Program-made: the position numbers and the translations under genes
The notes under the pieces: generated by a model
What the model saw: only the letters and a program-made list of their open reading frames with translations
Told to the model about the DNA's origin: nothing
The model's database searches: none
Shown: piece by piece, positions 9,401 through 15,156 of the stretch
Numbering within the stretch: the stretch's first letter is position 1
How the letters are laid out: each line of letters begins with the position of its first letter
Virus record (IMG/VR): IMGVR_UViG_2687453145_000002
Coordinates: 52,166 to 116,165 of that record
Origin: a virus
Lineage: Duplodnaviria > Caudoviricetes
DNA length: 64,000 nt
Direction: 5' to 3' (one strand)

Positions 9401-11337
9401 CGTTCTTCCGCGAATCCGACGACGGCGACGTGATCGCCCCATTCAAGACGAAGGGCATTGCCAACCAGAACGCCGGCATCAAGAAGCTCAAGGGCGGGGA
9501 GGCCAACACCAACGACCTGCTCGAGAACATCTTCACCTCCACCTCCAAGCTGATCGACGCGTCCATGAAGAACATGGCGGCCCAGAAGACGGTTTGGAAC
9601 CTGGCGGATACCGGCATCATCGAGGTCATTCCGAAGCCAAACAAGATGGATTACCAGGCCCTTGCCAATGGCAAAGACAGGATCATGGTCAAGCTGGAGG
9701 GGGAGGACTACATGATCCGGGTTGAGGATCCGGACCTCTATCGCGCTATGACCTTCTTCGACCGCAAGCCGTTCGGCGCCATGGTCAATGTGGCGGCCAA
9801 GGCCAAGCGCCTGCTTACTGCTGGGGTCACTGCATCTCCCGAATTCATGCTGCGCAACTTCCTGCGCGACTCACTCTCCAGCTGGGCGATCAGCAAAGAC
9901 GGCTTCAGGCCGGTGATCGACTCCATCAAGGGGGTGAAAAAGACCCTGGCGATGGACGGCAGTACCATTGATGTGATGTTCAGCGGAGCCTCCTTCCTGG
10001 GCGGCTACGTGAATGGCAATGACCCAGAGGCGATGGCCGATACCGTGCGTAAGTCGCTGCGACGCAAGGGGATGACCCCGGAGCAAATCGCCCGCTACGA
10101 AAAGAGCATTATCCGCAACGCCGCTCAGGCAAAGGGCGTGGTTGCCAATGTGTGGGAGAAGTACAACCGCTATGGCGAGGCTTTCGAGAATGCCAACCGC
10201 GAGGCGGTCTATGCCGCAGCCATCAAGGCTGGCAAGAGCCACGCCCAGGCGGCGTTCGAGTCGAAGGACCTGATGGATTTCTCCATGCTGGGTGCCTCAC
10301 GCACCATGCAGGTCATGACCCAACTGCTGCCGTTCTTCAATGCCAGGGTCCAGGGTCTCGGCAAGCTGAGCCGTGAGCTGCGCGACAACCCGCGCGAGAT
10401 CGCCAAGCGTGCCGGCATGATCACGGCAGCAAGCCTGGCGCTGCTGGCCCTCAACTGGGATGACGAGCGCTATGAGAAGCTGCCGGACTGGGACAAGGAT
10501 GCGAACTGGCACTTCTGGATTGGGGATGAGGAGTTCCGCATCCCCAAGCCGTTCGAGATTGGGGTGTTGTTCGGCACCATCCCGGAGCGCATGGTGCGCG
10601 CCATGGGCGGGAAGGACACTGGCGCGCAACTCGGCAAGGCGATAGCCAGGGCGGTCGGTGAAACGTTCGCGCTCAACCCCACGCCGCAGATCGTCAAGCC
10701 GTTGGTGGAATCCTACTTCAACTACGATGCCTTCCGTGGCATCCCCATCGAGAACGCGCAGGACCTCGCAGTGCAGGCGGAGGCTCGCTACAACGAGCAG
10801 ACCAGTCTGATGATGCGTGAGCTTGGCGAAACCCTGGGTATGTCACCCAAAAAGCTGGAGCACCTGCTGATCGGCTACACGGGCACCATCGGCAGTTACG
10901 TGATGGCGGCGGCCGATGGCCTGATCCGGGCCGGCACGCCCGGGGAGTCTGCAAGCTGGCGCGCCGACGAGATCCCGCTTGTGAAAGCGGTGTACCGCGG
11001 CACTGGCCCTGCAAAGTCCACGCAGCACATGGAGGAGTTCTACCGGATGCTGAACGAGGTGAACCAGCTCAAGCGCACCGTTGACCAGTACCGCAGTGAG
11101 GGGCTCACAGATAAGGCCCGCGAGCTGCTGGAGGAGCAGGGTGGGATCTTGAAGTCGCGCCGCAGCCTGAGCCGCACTCAGCAGCAGGTCCGGGTGGTGC
11201 GCAACAAGATCGAGCTGATCCAGCGCGACCGCACAATGACCGCAGAAGAGAAGCGCCGGCGCATCGATGAGATGCTGGCCCGCCGTAATGACCTAGTGTA
11301 TCAGGCAGTCAATAAGAACAAGGCGAACTGGGAGTAA
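484..11337 (+). CDS. Giant polyvalent ejection protein (~3617 aa): N6-adenine MTase-like, ParB-like, zincin and LPD38-like domains
   Basis: Start MDKLGLRDALP after GAGGA, matching the paralog at 59981; motifs FFPTP/VLEPSAGHG/VVMNPPF, LQPRDR...VESGNGR, LRHEVLAHYGL, RIPKPFEIG; terminal position typical of 933W-like phages. Confidence 0.9.
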   Translation: MDKLGLRDALPQPQQSDTRNDPFWGNLDSSLSAAAAAPPQSAQPTAKRDLDVGLGDVARGVGAGALELVGGIGELARQASNFGKENAGKQGGDYLEQARANMANKLSPVLDAVAGAGDLAQGGAESLTEGMSADAKEALGRRLVDETPEGRLTLGDGAGDIDVWAMKMAQGVGSLLPTLAAGGVTGLAAKVSIGRAVTASMIKRGATQEVAEAVAAKAVSKIATGASVTTGVTGSVGSAGVNARDTVLGMSFDELAGSDTFRQAFTRIDQDQQTAHLSDEEKLGLAREETANLASRATMSDAKVWGAAAMGSMMGDAMLFKMLAGKAATGGVLKGAAKGAAGEGISETLEEGVQQYAVNESLNEVAAADIDPMKGVMSSAIEGGLIGMGAGGAVGAVGGARGGKHASQEDGVGTDPVSEPSAPVTEGAAGPAVDPNFASVPLEEGEQAPSASLAEGELNPLGPSASQFDELRDVPAYLRQDDTADRYKGMAADSEVQRALAGEFGQTVQELVASQMKAGDQGKSLYERAQAGELGLDPFAGNKSAQQVAMENQRLALPLKDVIFAGDANAKPKGEAVAAPGDHDDQQAGPGPQFRGGERTRWQSGQEGDVLPPEASSTKPAGELPGAVIEGEAREVGNELPHRNVVYGNDLRAEQQRAADLARRERELNNHPLQIGQSETIFAGGTPGADPRNSAYTPPRLSRDQVDTSMGEQSTRDPRSPVAQSIEQAGSATDSVFGPLKSLRITRKGKPFATEKEAAMASRKGQEMPVPLNGGGFGVAEIAEVEQVKAAATTQSSAPQLDDISVTNPNQPSDQPAASVSAETVPAPSATAGEASQLAPAIDTGYREVIPVKQPKTEVSNEPVTPVPAISSEGQRDQPGAGEPAAAGAGPAVAGLTDRAGSGDRADLAAPAPVPDGQQQNDPTLTAPATDAGAAVSGRIGEEELRDRDLLKEHGGHWKYRSAVGAGWFTANTKEAAIQRAEEAYRKAVSKGEPVPTRDERFAQADAELFSEMDRRYGKMSTPELEAEYQRLGGEVGDLQKSGSGEFNGNGGRRTGAAVSNEGARQVGEERLRLGVYMKMRRDRDTAWSGAKSQQIEPANDWRGAKSATDYHAAKRRLFSGEMEFSEFQAMSRSALDNAPSLRAELEKKTKQDLLDQMSRFNAARYKNDKKAVVVEAAYNQLIGDLRWAANGDGNTISETYAIGGARQSIEERVAKALDGLTPERYQQFVNKQRADVAKRDAELAATKEALRDPQTLEQFKTFLKYRSLDKLTPEQRARYEDLIAASNLDKRDQANEVKAATAVTPTASGDIIKTKHTKSGEDLFVVQMGDRVDRDTYNQINAHAKKLGGWYSSYKVGGAVPGFQFKDEAKATEFRGWLTGQGAASAAPSAEAAPTEVTEPAQTDSKSKQVETLRTRAKTLRDKATAALNAERKENTNKRMTEAANARANAESELHFAGLLDAIADGIESGEVTYLRNLANGTQLTELNHALSRSLWNLPPARREALTSQGMIERAEDDRERWSAKATPEMMAEGAQMPGMDYFARNLKDVATKMQGASGFKQAGAKIMALVNAAINRDSKTVSITDPELIAKLKAYTSGVSDYDAKAVKEQINGYSRLERMGITNHTELRAALRELARLQAVLKKQAVPRDPLAEKMVALKRKLVGNRNAFIDFFPTPESHAADLVTLAGIEPGMTVLEPSAGHGMLAEAARAAGAKVDAVELAVDLREILQAKGFGLVGGDFMDTTPAQSYDAVVMNPPFSNDMDIDHVRHAYDHLKPGGRLVAIVSATAGDRQNNKNKAFREWFDGLGGSEQAMPDGAFKTSLNPTDVRTKIFVIDKPANEVKPLLSPEGKRVTVATPKGQSVEVQYRVMEAADLVASHDFEGNLNHDYPQQLQPRDRSKQTYRVQVGQIAAAPDGARLAASPETDRGAPIVRDGIVESGNGRTIGLKQAYQRGDAGAYRAYLLTHATEFGLDAAAIEAMSAPVLVRERLTEMDDQQLRDFVVDSNTDAKMANSAAEDAGADAGKLTDDMLDLLNIPEGGDVLASQNNRFLQAFLSAIGENQSNSYVSRDGQWNDAYRKRVTAAIFAYGYGNQRLLDAATGEVDADGRNITTALINNAVGMAKLRQHSPERAKVISNYLAEAVESIARAKRSGQSLQEMAAQSDMLGGDTSPEGSLLAQAIAASARSAKAITGMVGDILTMLNKTTSADMFGAAVDPATPETAINETLKAISAYNQQKASQPKPGGDLFGLAGARNNHGAAPSVPRSGDASAAKGAGGVTEGRLELDGVSIRIPAIDEEQQRLYNQATHRGQGVNFASGISTGVGRILNDLKDAGLLDTVEQRAAAEAEVQAWANEEAINARKLMRDGIKNPSWAITGRSGRKAQSSDAQDAENRRQAAHHKDQSDRITALRGELKKLRPKEVIGKDSFNYAWGKAKGMIADYASAQSNGQPNLLASLRKSMNAELARYLQSMGKIDAPNFIKTLKEQDQRLKAAGHDGLVAIVGARSNPGKIISNAIDGRIRFSKQAMSQGMRPAKHLTRKEAELVTKGWFKQYRGASGIDVQIHATQAELEESLGLDAKDGLIRRAAFDDDAGTLHVAADTISDPKRMREILRHEVLAHYGLANVLGDGEYTKLMSRLIQSQKDPSMKPVWDWVNTHYADEDIGTKAEEVVAHLAELEQGAWGRGWDRVVAWVTRALRAVGFVPDGITAAETRSLIEGLGKKLQRSGPDDSGPDGGKKFSQEAERPALKGGIKMSQASTAADAAMEKLNLGPKPDIIDKTKTNLNKLRQVDRGVVSSWVDRVIKKANTEVLDALAPIKYAEEAAGITDAADSGYVAARMATGAASTMQATMLYGLPEWKDGVIQRKAGTGEKDALLGIFADLGADLHNWLGWMAGHRAELLLAQGRENLLDAQDIAALKAQGKGKEAKFLDAKARWNRLNAATLDLGQEAGLFTKEARAEFESEWYIPFFRESDDGDVIAPFKTKGIANQNAGIKKLKGGEANTNDLLENIFTSTSKLIDASMKNMAAQKTVWNLADTGIIEVIPKPNKMDYQALANGKDRIMVKLEGEDYMIRVEDPDLYRAMTFFDRKPFGAMVNVAAKAKRLLTAGVTASPEFMLRNFLRDSLSSWAISKDGFRPVIDSIKGVKKTLAMDGSTIDVMFSGASFLGGYVNGNDPEAMADTVRKSLRRKGMTPEQIARYEKSIIRNAAQAKGVVANVWEKYNRYGEAFENANREAVYAAAIKAGKSHAQAAFESKDLMDFSMLGASRTMQVMTQLLPFFNARVQGLGKLSRELRDNPREIAKRAGMITAASLALLALNWDDERYEKLPDWDKDANWHFWIGDEEFRIPKPFEIGVLFGTIPERMVRAMGGKDTGAQLGKAIARAVGETFALNPTPQIVKPLVESYFNYDAFRGIPIENAQDLAVQAEARYNEQTSLMMRELGETLGMSPKKLEHLLIGYTGTIGSYVMAAADGLIRAGTPGESASWRADEIPLVKAVYRGTGPAKSTQHMEEFYRMLNEVNQLKRTVDQYRSEGLTDKARELLEEQGGILKSRRSLSRTQQQVRVVRNKIELIQRDRTMTAEEKRRRIDEMLARRNDLVYQAVNKNKANWE
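3065..3259 (+). CDS. Candidate nested small gene (64 aa) in the +1 frame of the giant gene
   Basis: GAGGTGA SD before ATG; helical-looking product; followed by a GC-rich hairpin at ~3260-3294. Confidence 0.5.
   Translation: MSQLPQYLQSAVKDNAISLAQANRLQQALDQPLPDSPTELDPEIGQISLRLHLYLTDSSKMTQH
7166..7330 (+). CDS. Candidate nested small gene (54 aa) in the +1 frame of the giant gene
   Basis: GGAG upstream; MKPSRPSAPTTSKKPANPSPAAIFLASPEHGITTAQRQAFRDLVTQAQQKAQEE*; lies in a linker after the ParB-like region. Confidence 0.35.
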   Translation: MKPSRPSAPTTSKKPANPSPAAIFLASPEHGITTAQRQAFRDLVTQAQQKAQEE

Positions 11338-11410
11338 GGGGTAATAGCGGCCCTAGCTGAGCCTCTGTGATAGGGGTAATCTGGGGCCTTTATCGCAGAG
11401 GGCCCTGACC

Positions 11411-11611
11411 ATGTGGATTCTGTTTGCTCTGATAATGATGGTGGTGGCGCTGAAAGCATTCAGTGTTAGTTTCACCCTAGCGTTGATACCGATAGCGATA
11501 GGGGTCTGGTGTTTCAGTAAATCCAACCGTGAGAGCCTGGATAACTTCATGGCCTTCACTTTCATCATTGTACTGATTGGTTTTGCTGTGAATGTGTTGG
11601 TTTCGCCTTAG
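11411..11611 (+). CDS. Small membrane protein (moron)
   Basis: 66 aa, 2-3 hydrophobic segments, GAGGG SD, lower GC than flanks. Confidence 0.75.
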   Translation: MWILFALIMMVVALKAFSVSFTLALIPIAIGVWCFSKSNRESLDNFMAFTFIIVLIGFAVNVLVSP

Positions 11612-11793
11612 TAAGGTGTAAGTTGCGCATCACTCTCACCAAGTGATGTCTTGAACATACTGGTTTCACGGATCTATGTCACATTGCCGTTGGCTAGTTT
11701 TGTTAGGCTCAACTTAACTACCGAAATGGTATTGATCTTATTGCTTAGTCATGGGATAAGAGGCAGACCCAACTTATGCACAGGATGTGCGTA

Positions 11794-11822
11794 TTGACAA
11801 TTGGGTGCGTTTTTGGTATAGT
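11794..11822 (+). promoter_or_regulatory. Near-consensus sigma70 promoter of the moron
   Basis: TTGACA-17bp-TATAGT with extended -10 TG. Confidence 0.85.
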
Positions 11823-11852
11823 ATTGCGACTCGAAAATCGATAGAGACTCGT

Positions 11853-12614
11853 ATGACCACCACTGTGTGCGATTTCATTAACAGGGTTGTTGCAAGTGAT
11901 TCTCGGTGGTCAACAAAGTTAGATGATTATGGTTTCTACAACCATATCGCTTTTGTCGATGACACCGGTTTTGGAAAGTTGTCGATAAGAGGCAATCACG
12001 TCTTATGCTTAGCAGGTGACGGGAAGCTTATCGAGCAGTGGAAGCAGTGGTGGAAGGCGCCGGTTTTGTATCGGGAGCATCCTCCGGTAGTTTCCGATGC
12101 TGGGGCTGTAGTGATCTATGCAATCAATAGAGCCACTAATCAGCTCGAGTTTGGGCTTCAATTGAGTTGCGCTCACTTAGACCCAGACACTCGCCATATA
12201 CAGGCTGTTTTTTCTGGTTCTGGCGAGACGGCTGCACTGTCAAACTGGCAATCAGCCAAATGCGCTAAAACCGCAGTAGAGCAAGCAAAGCTCAGAGACG
12301 TGTTTACAGGTGGTACTGTACGTTTCGTCAATTTGAGCACCGATGAGATGGACATTGAGGATGAATTGGATTCCCTTGATGCTGTGCTTAATCAATTGCA
12401 AGAGAGAGGGTATGTTATGAGACAAGACGACCCCATGAAAACTATGATTCCTGTTAAAGAATTTGACGCAAAAACTATATCGGCCCTTGCATCAAACGGT
12501 TCTTTGCAGCTATCCGCTCCTTGTGGCAACGAGGCTGTTGTCTGGGATGAGGCTGCCAAGCATAGACTTGGGGCCTTCATTGATAGAGTTATAGAATCGG
12601 AAAGCCGTTCTTAA
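11853..12614 (+). CDS. Proteasome-beta/HslV-like Ntn-hydrolase (253 aa) with C-terminal extension
   Basis: True start (M)TTT lies downstream of the promoter; motifs T1, ASDSR, GK, LAG, SGSG, RDVFTGG in proteasome order. Confidence 0.7.
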   Translation: MTTTVCDFINRVVASDSRWSTKLDDYGFYNHIAFVDDTGFGKLSIRGNHVLCLAGDGKLIEQWKQWWKAPVLYREHPPVVSDAGAVVIYAINRATNQLEFGLQLSCAHLDPDTRHIQAVFSGSGETAALSNWQSAKCAKTAVEQAKLRDVFTGGTVRFVNLSTDEMDIEDELDSLDAVLNQLQERGYVMRQDDPMKTMIPVKEFDAKTISALASNGSLQLSAPCGNEAVVWDEAAKHRLGAFIDRVIESESRS

Positions 12615-12634
12615 TCTATTGATATTATTAGCTT

Positions 12635-12668
12635 AAACCCGTGCATCATGTGCGGGTTTTTGTTTTTT
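12635..12668 (+). terminator. Intrinsic terminator of the moron
   Basis: AAACCCGTGCA-TCA-TGTGCGGGTTT plus T-tract. Confidence 0.8.
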
Positions 12669-12812
12669 GGCTAATAGCTCTAGTAAGTGATCATAAGCGG
12701 GAACCTACAGATATCCGATGTCATTCATCTTTTCGTATTGATCTAAGTCAGCAAAATAGTTCCTGCTCTTCCGTCCCTGGTTAATTTTGTTGATAACCAG
12801 TACATGGGGGCA

Positions 12813-13259
12813 TTATTGCCCCTCTTGCCCCTCTTGCCCCTCTTGCCCCTCTTGCCCCTCTTGCCCCTCTTGCCCCTCTTGCCCCTCTTGTGTTCCTGAC
12901 TTTCTGTCAGTATTTCTCATAACCGCTTTCACTTTCTTTCGCACTTCGTCAGTCATTACACTCCTGATGCTGTTCAGCAGCTCTCTGACCTCTCGCAGTT
13001 CGTCATTCAGAATCTGTGAGTTGTAGATTACTTGAGGGACAAGCACAGTGTCTGGAGACAGCGGGTGCGGAATGCTCGTACTTTTGAAGATCTGCTCACC
13101 ACCACTCTCAGCAAGTTCAGCGTCTTCCTCAAAAGTCCTTTGAAGCCGATAAACGATCTCTGCGTTCATCGTTCGGCCAGCTGCAGCTGCAGCTTCATGG
13201 ATGGCAGTGTGTAGCTCCCTTGGTAGGCGCAACGCAGTCTTCTGTATGTCTTTGCTCAT
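12813..13259 (-). CDS. Arc/Mnt-family ribbon-helix-helix repressor (Mnt-like) with an (EGQ)8 tail
   Basis: TALRLPRELH...GRTMNAEIVYRLQ; divergent from arc-ant; paralog 62480-62779. Confidence 0.85.
   Translation of the reverse strand: MSKDIQKTALRLPRELHTAIHEAAAAAGRTMNAEIVYRLQRTFEEDAELAESGGEQIFKSTSIPHPLSPDTVLVPQVIYNSQILNDELREVRELLNSIRSVMTDEVRKKVKAVMRNTDRKSGTQEGQEGQEGQEGQEGQEGQEGQEGQ
12816..12890. repeat. 9-bp tandem repeat (TTGCCCCTC)x8
   Basis: Directly visible; encodes the EGQ repeats on the minus strand. Confidence 0.97.
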
Positions 13260-13339
13260 GAGGTGTGACTTTGGTTTGTTCAGTAAGCATTAGCTTAACA
13301 AAAGCAATAGGTGAATTCATTCGGACTTTATCAAATCGC

Positions 13340-13392
13340 TTGCCTTCACTATGAAGTCTAACTATCATTAATTTCGACTTCACAGTAAAGTC
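13340..13392 (+). promoter_or_regulatory. Pant-like promoter with two 17-bp palindromic operators
   Basis: TTGCCT-17-TATCAT; GCCTTCACTATGAAGTC (13342-13358) and GACTTCACAGTAAAGTC (13376-13392); cf. GGCTTCATAGTGAAGCC at 62881. Confidence 0.7.
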
Positions 13393-13411
13393 TAGGTGAG
13401 AAGGAGGAGTG

Positions 13412-13582
13412 ATGATAGAAGACAAGGTACGCAACACATCCCTGCGCTTACCGCGTGAGATACGCGATTGGTTAACGAACCGAGCAGCAGATAACTGCCG
13501 CAGCTTCAACGGTGAGATCACTATGATCCTGAAGCAGCAGATGGAGAGGGAGCAAGATAGTGAGAAAGCAGAGTCGGTCTGA
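13412..13582 (+). CDS. Arc-like repressor (56 aa), below the ORF-track size cutoff
   Basis: AGGAGG SD; MIEDKVRNTSLRLPREIRDWLTNRAADNCRSFNGEITMILKQ... Confidence 0.85.
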   Translation: MIEDKVRNTSLRLPREIRDWLTNRAADNCRSFNGEITMILKQQMEREQDSEKAESV

Positions 13583-13585
13583 TGC

Positions 13586-13664
13586 CAGAAAGAGTTCGAC
13601 CCCAACTGGTGGAACAGTTGAGGCCGAGAGATGTAAACCCACCACGCAAATGATTGGAGTTACT
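13586..13664 (-). ncRNA. Sar-like antisense RNA covering the antirepressor RBS
   Basis: Two minus-strand hairpins with G.U pairs that covary with 63101-63179; -10 TATAAT lies inside the first ant codons. Confidence 0.65.
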
Positions 13665-13666
13665 TT

Positions 13667-14467
13667 ATGATTATACAACAACAGTATCAGCAAACCAAAG
13701 TTTTGCCAGGGCCGCTGAATTCCATGCCGGTAATCGCCGGGGTGGAGATCACTACTGATGAGGCGGGGCGGTTCAACCTGAACGCCCTTCACCGGGCCAG
13801 TCAACTTGGTTCGAGCAAAGCCCCAGCTCAGTGGTTGCGCACCAAGCATGCGCAAGAGCTGGTCGCTGAGGTGGAAAAACAAACTGTGCAGATTTGCATA
13901 GTTTCCGTTGAAGGCCGTAACGGCGGTACCTTCGCCCACGAGTTGCTTGCGATCTCCTATGCTGGCTGGATCAGCCCATCATTCCAGCTTCAGGTCAATC
14001 AGGTGTTTCTGGATTACCGTATCGGCAAGCTGGGCCCAATCACCCCACAACTGACCACCATAGAGATCCTGCAGATCGCCATGCAGTCCGAGCAAGAACG
14101 GCTGCGCCTGGAGGCCGCCAACCACGAGTTGGAACTGCAGATGGAGGCAGCCAAACCCATGGTGGAGGCGCTGGAGAGGATCGCTTTGGCCGATGGCTCG
14201 CTGAACCTGACCGAGGCCGCCAAGGCGCTGCAACAGCAGCCGAAGAAGTTCAATCAGCACCTGTGCAGCCTGCGCTGGATCTACAAGCGTGCCGGTGGCA
14301 AGCAGTGGCTTGGTTATCAGGACAAGGTGCAGCAGGGACTGGTTGAGCACAAGGTTACGATGGTGCCCTTGGCTGATGGCGGTGAGCGTCTTTGTGAACA
14401 GGTTCGCATCACACCAAAGGGGCTGACCAAGCTGGCCCAGCAATTCTGTGTCGGGGGTGTGCAATGA
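13667..14467 (+). CDS. ant: Antirepressor, KilA-N plus ANT/KilA-C domains
   Basis: GRFNLNALHRA...GGTFAHELLAISYAGWISPSF; ADGSLNLTEAAKAL...QVRITPKGLTKLA. Confidence 0.9.
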   Translation: MIIQQQYQQTKVLPGPLNSMPVIAGVEITTDEAGRFNLNALHRASQLGSSKAPAQWLRTKHAQELVAEVEKQTVQICIVSVEGRNGGTFAHELLAISYAGWISPSFQLQVNQVFLDYRIGKLGPITPQLTTIEILQIAMQSEQERLRLEAANHELELQMEAAKPMVEALERIALADGSLNLTEAAKALQQQPKKFNQHLCSLRWIYKRAGGKQWLGYQDKVQQGLVEHKVTMVPLADGGERLCEQVRITPKGLTKLAQQFCVGGVQ

Positions 14468-14595
14468 GCGCCGCCCAACTACAGGATGAATTGAATGCAC
14501 TGCTGGGAGAGTTGGAGGTTATCGATCTCTGTCCCCAGGAGCGCAGGGCACTGGTTGACAGGATCCAGCGCATTATGCCTGACAGATCTGAATGA
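14464..14595 (+). CDS. Small protein (43 aa) coupled to ant
   Basis: ATGA overlap; MSAAQLQDELNALLGELEVIDLCPQERRALVDRIQRIMPDRSE; terminator-like hairpin at 14601-14623. Confidence 0.6.
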   Translation: MSAAQLQDELNALLGELEVIDLCPQERRALVDRIQRIMPDRSE

Positions 14596-14664
14596 CACCG
14601 ATGGGGCTGCGGCCCCATTTTTAATACCCAAATCAGTCCGAAAATGATAAATTCAAGAAATGCA

Positions 14665-14680
14665 CTGTATGGGTATACAG
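14665..14680. promoter_or_regulatory. LexA (SOS) box
   Basis: CTGTATGGGTATACAG fits CTGT-N8-ACAG. Confidence 0.85.
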
Positions 14681-14722
14681 TGCTTCACAGTCGAGAGACT
14701 GGGAGAGCAAGGGGGAAATCGG

Positions 14723-14845
14723 ATGGAATCACTGCTAAGCGAACTGGAAGAGTTTGTTGAGACGCTGGACCTGGCGCCTGAGGAGGAGAACAAGATCGCG
14801 CGCATTCTGGAAAAACTTCGCGATGAAGCCACCGTGTCAGCGTGA
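14723..14845 (+). CDS. Small acidic protein (40 aa) downstream of the LexA box
   Basis: AAGGGGG SD; MESLLSELEEFVETLDLAPEEENKIARILEKLRDEATVSA; terminator-like hairpin at 14865-14888. Confidence 0.65.
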   Translation: MESLLSELEEFVETLDLAPEEENKIARILEKLRDEATVSA

Positions 14846-14918
14846 TGCGGAAGGATTCGGATTGGCCCGCCACTGCGCGGGCTTTTCTATGCCTGCGTGA
14901 TACGAGATTCTTAGGTAA

Positions 14919-15156
14919 TTTCTTGGGGCATTTTTGGGGCAAAAAGAGGGGTAAAATACGGGGAAATGCGGTGTTTGATGGGATACATCCGAGGCAATAA
15001 AACTGGCCTCAAGCCTTATGCCAAGCGGCTTGGCAATGGATCCTGATAGAAATCAATCATTCCTTTGCCGGGAATTGTGGGGGTTGACTATTTATCTAAT
15101 AAATCAATCGCTTACTGTTGGATCTTTTTTTCTTGGGGCGTCATTGGGGCAAAAAG
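14919..15156. other. attP-like junction: arm-type direct repeats and an IHF site
   Basis: 28-bp direct repeats 14919-14946 and 15129-15156 (3 mismatches, each with two TTGGGGC 11 bp apart); IHF consensus AATCAATCGCTTA at 15102-15114; adjacent to the int 3' end. Confidence 0.75.

Larger units (their letters stand above)
1..15060. mobile_element. Right-hand part of prophage element 1 (933W-like lambdoid podovirus); left end lies outside the window
   Basis: Gene order ejection protein / giant protein / morons / immI / att-like site; paralogous to 59600-64000; boundary approximate. Confidence 0.85.

Noticed and set aside
11787-11852. ORF-track N-terminus MRIDNWV...
   Set aside because: It contains the promoter itself, so translation must start later.
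12787-13026. (CPS)n cysteine-repeat ORF
   Set aside because: Antisense shadow of the EGQ repeat, with a TTG start and no SD.
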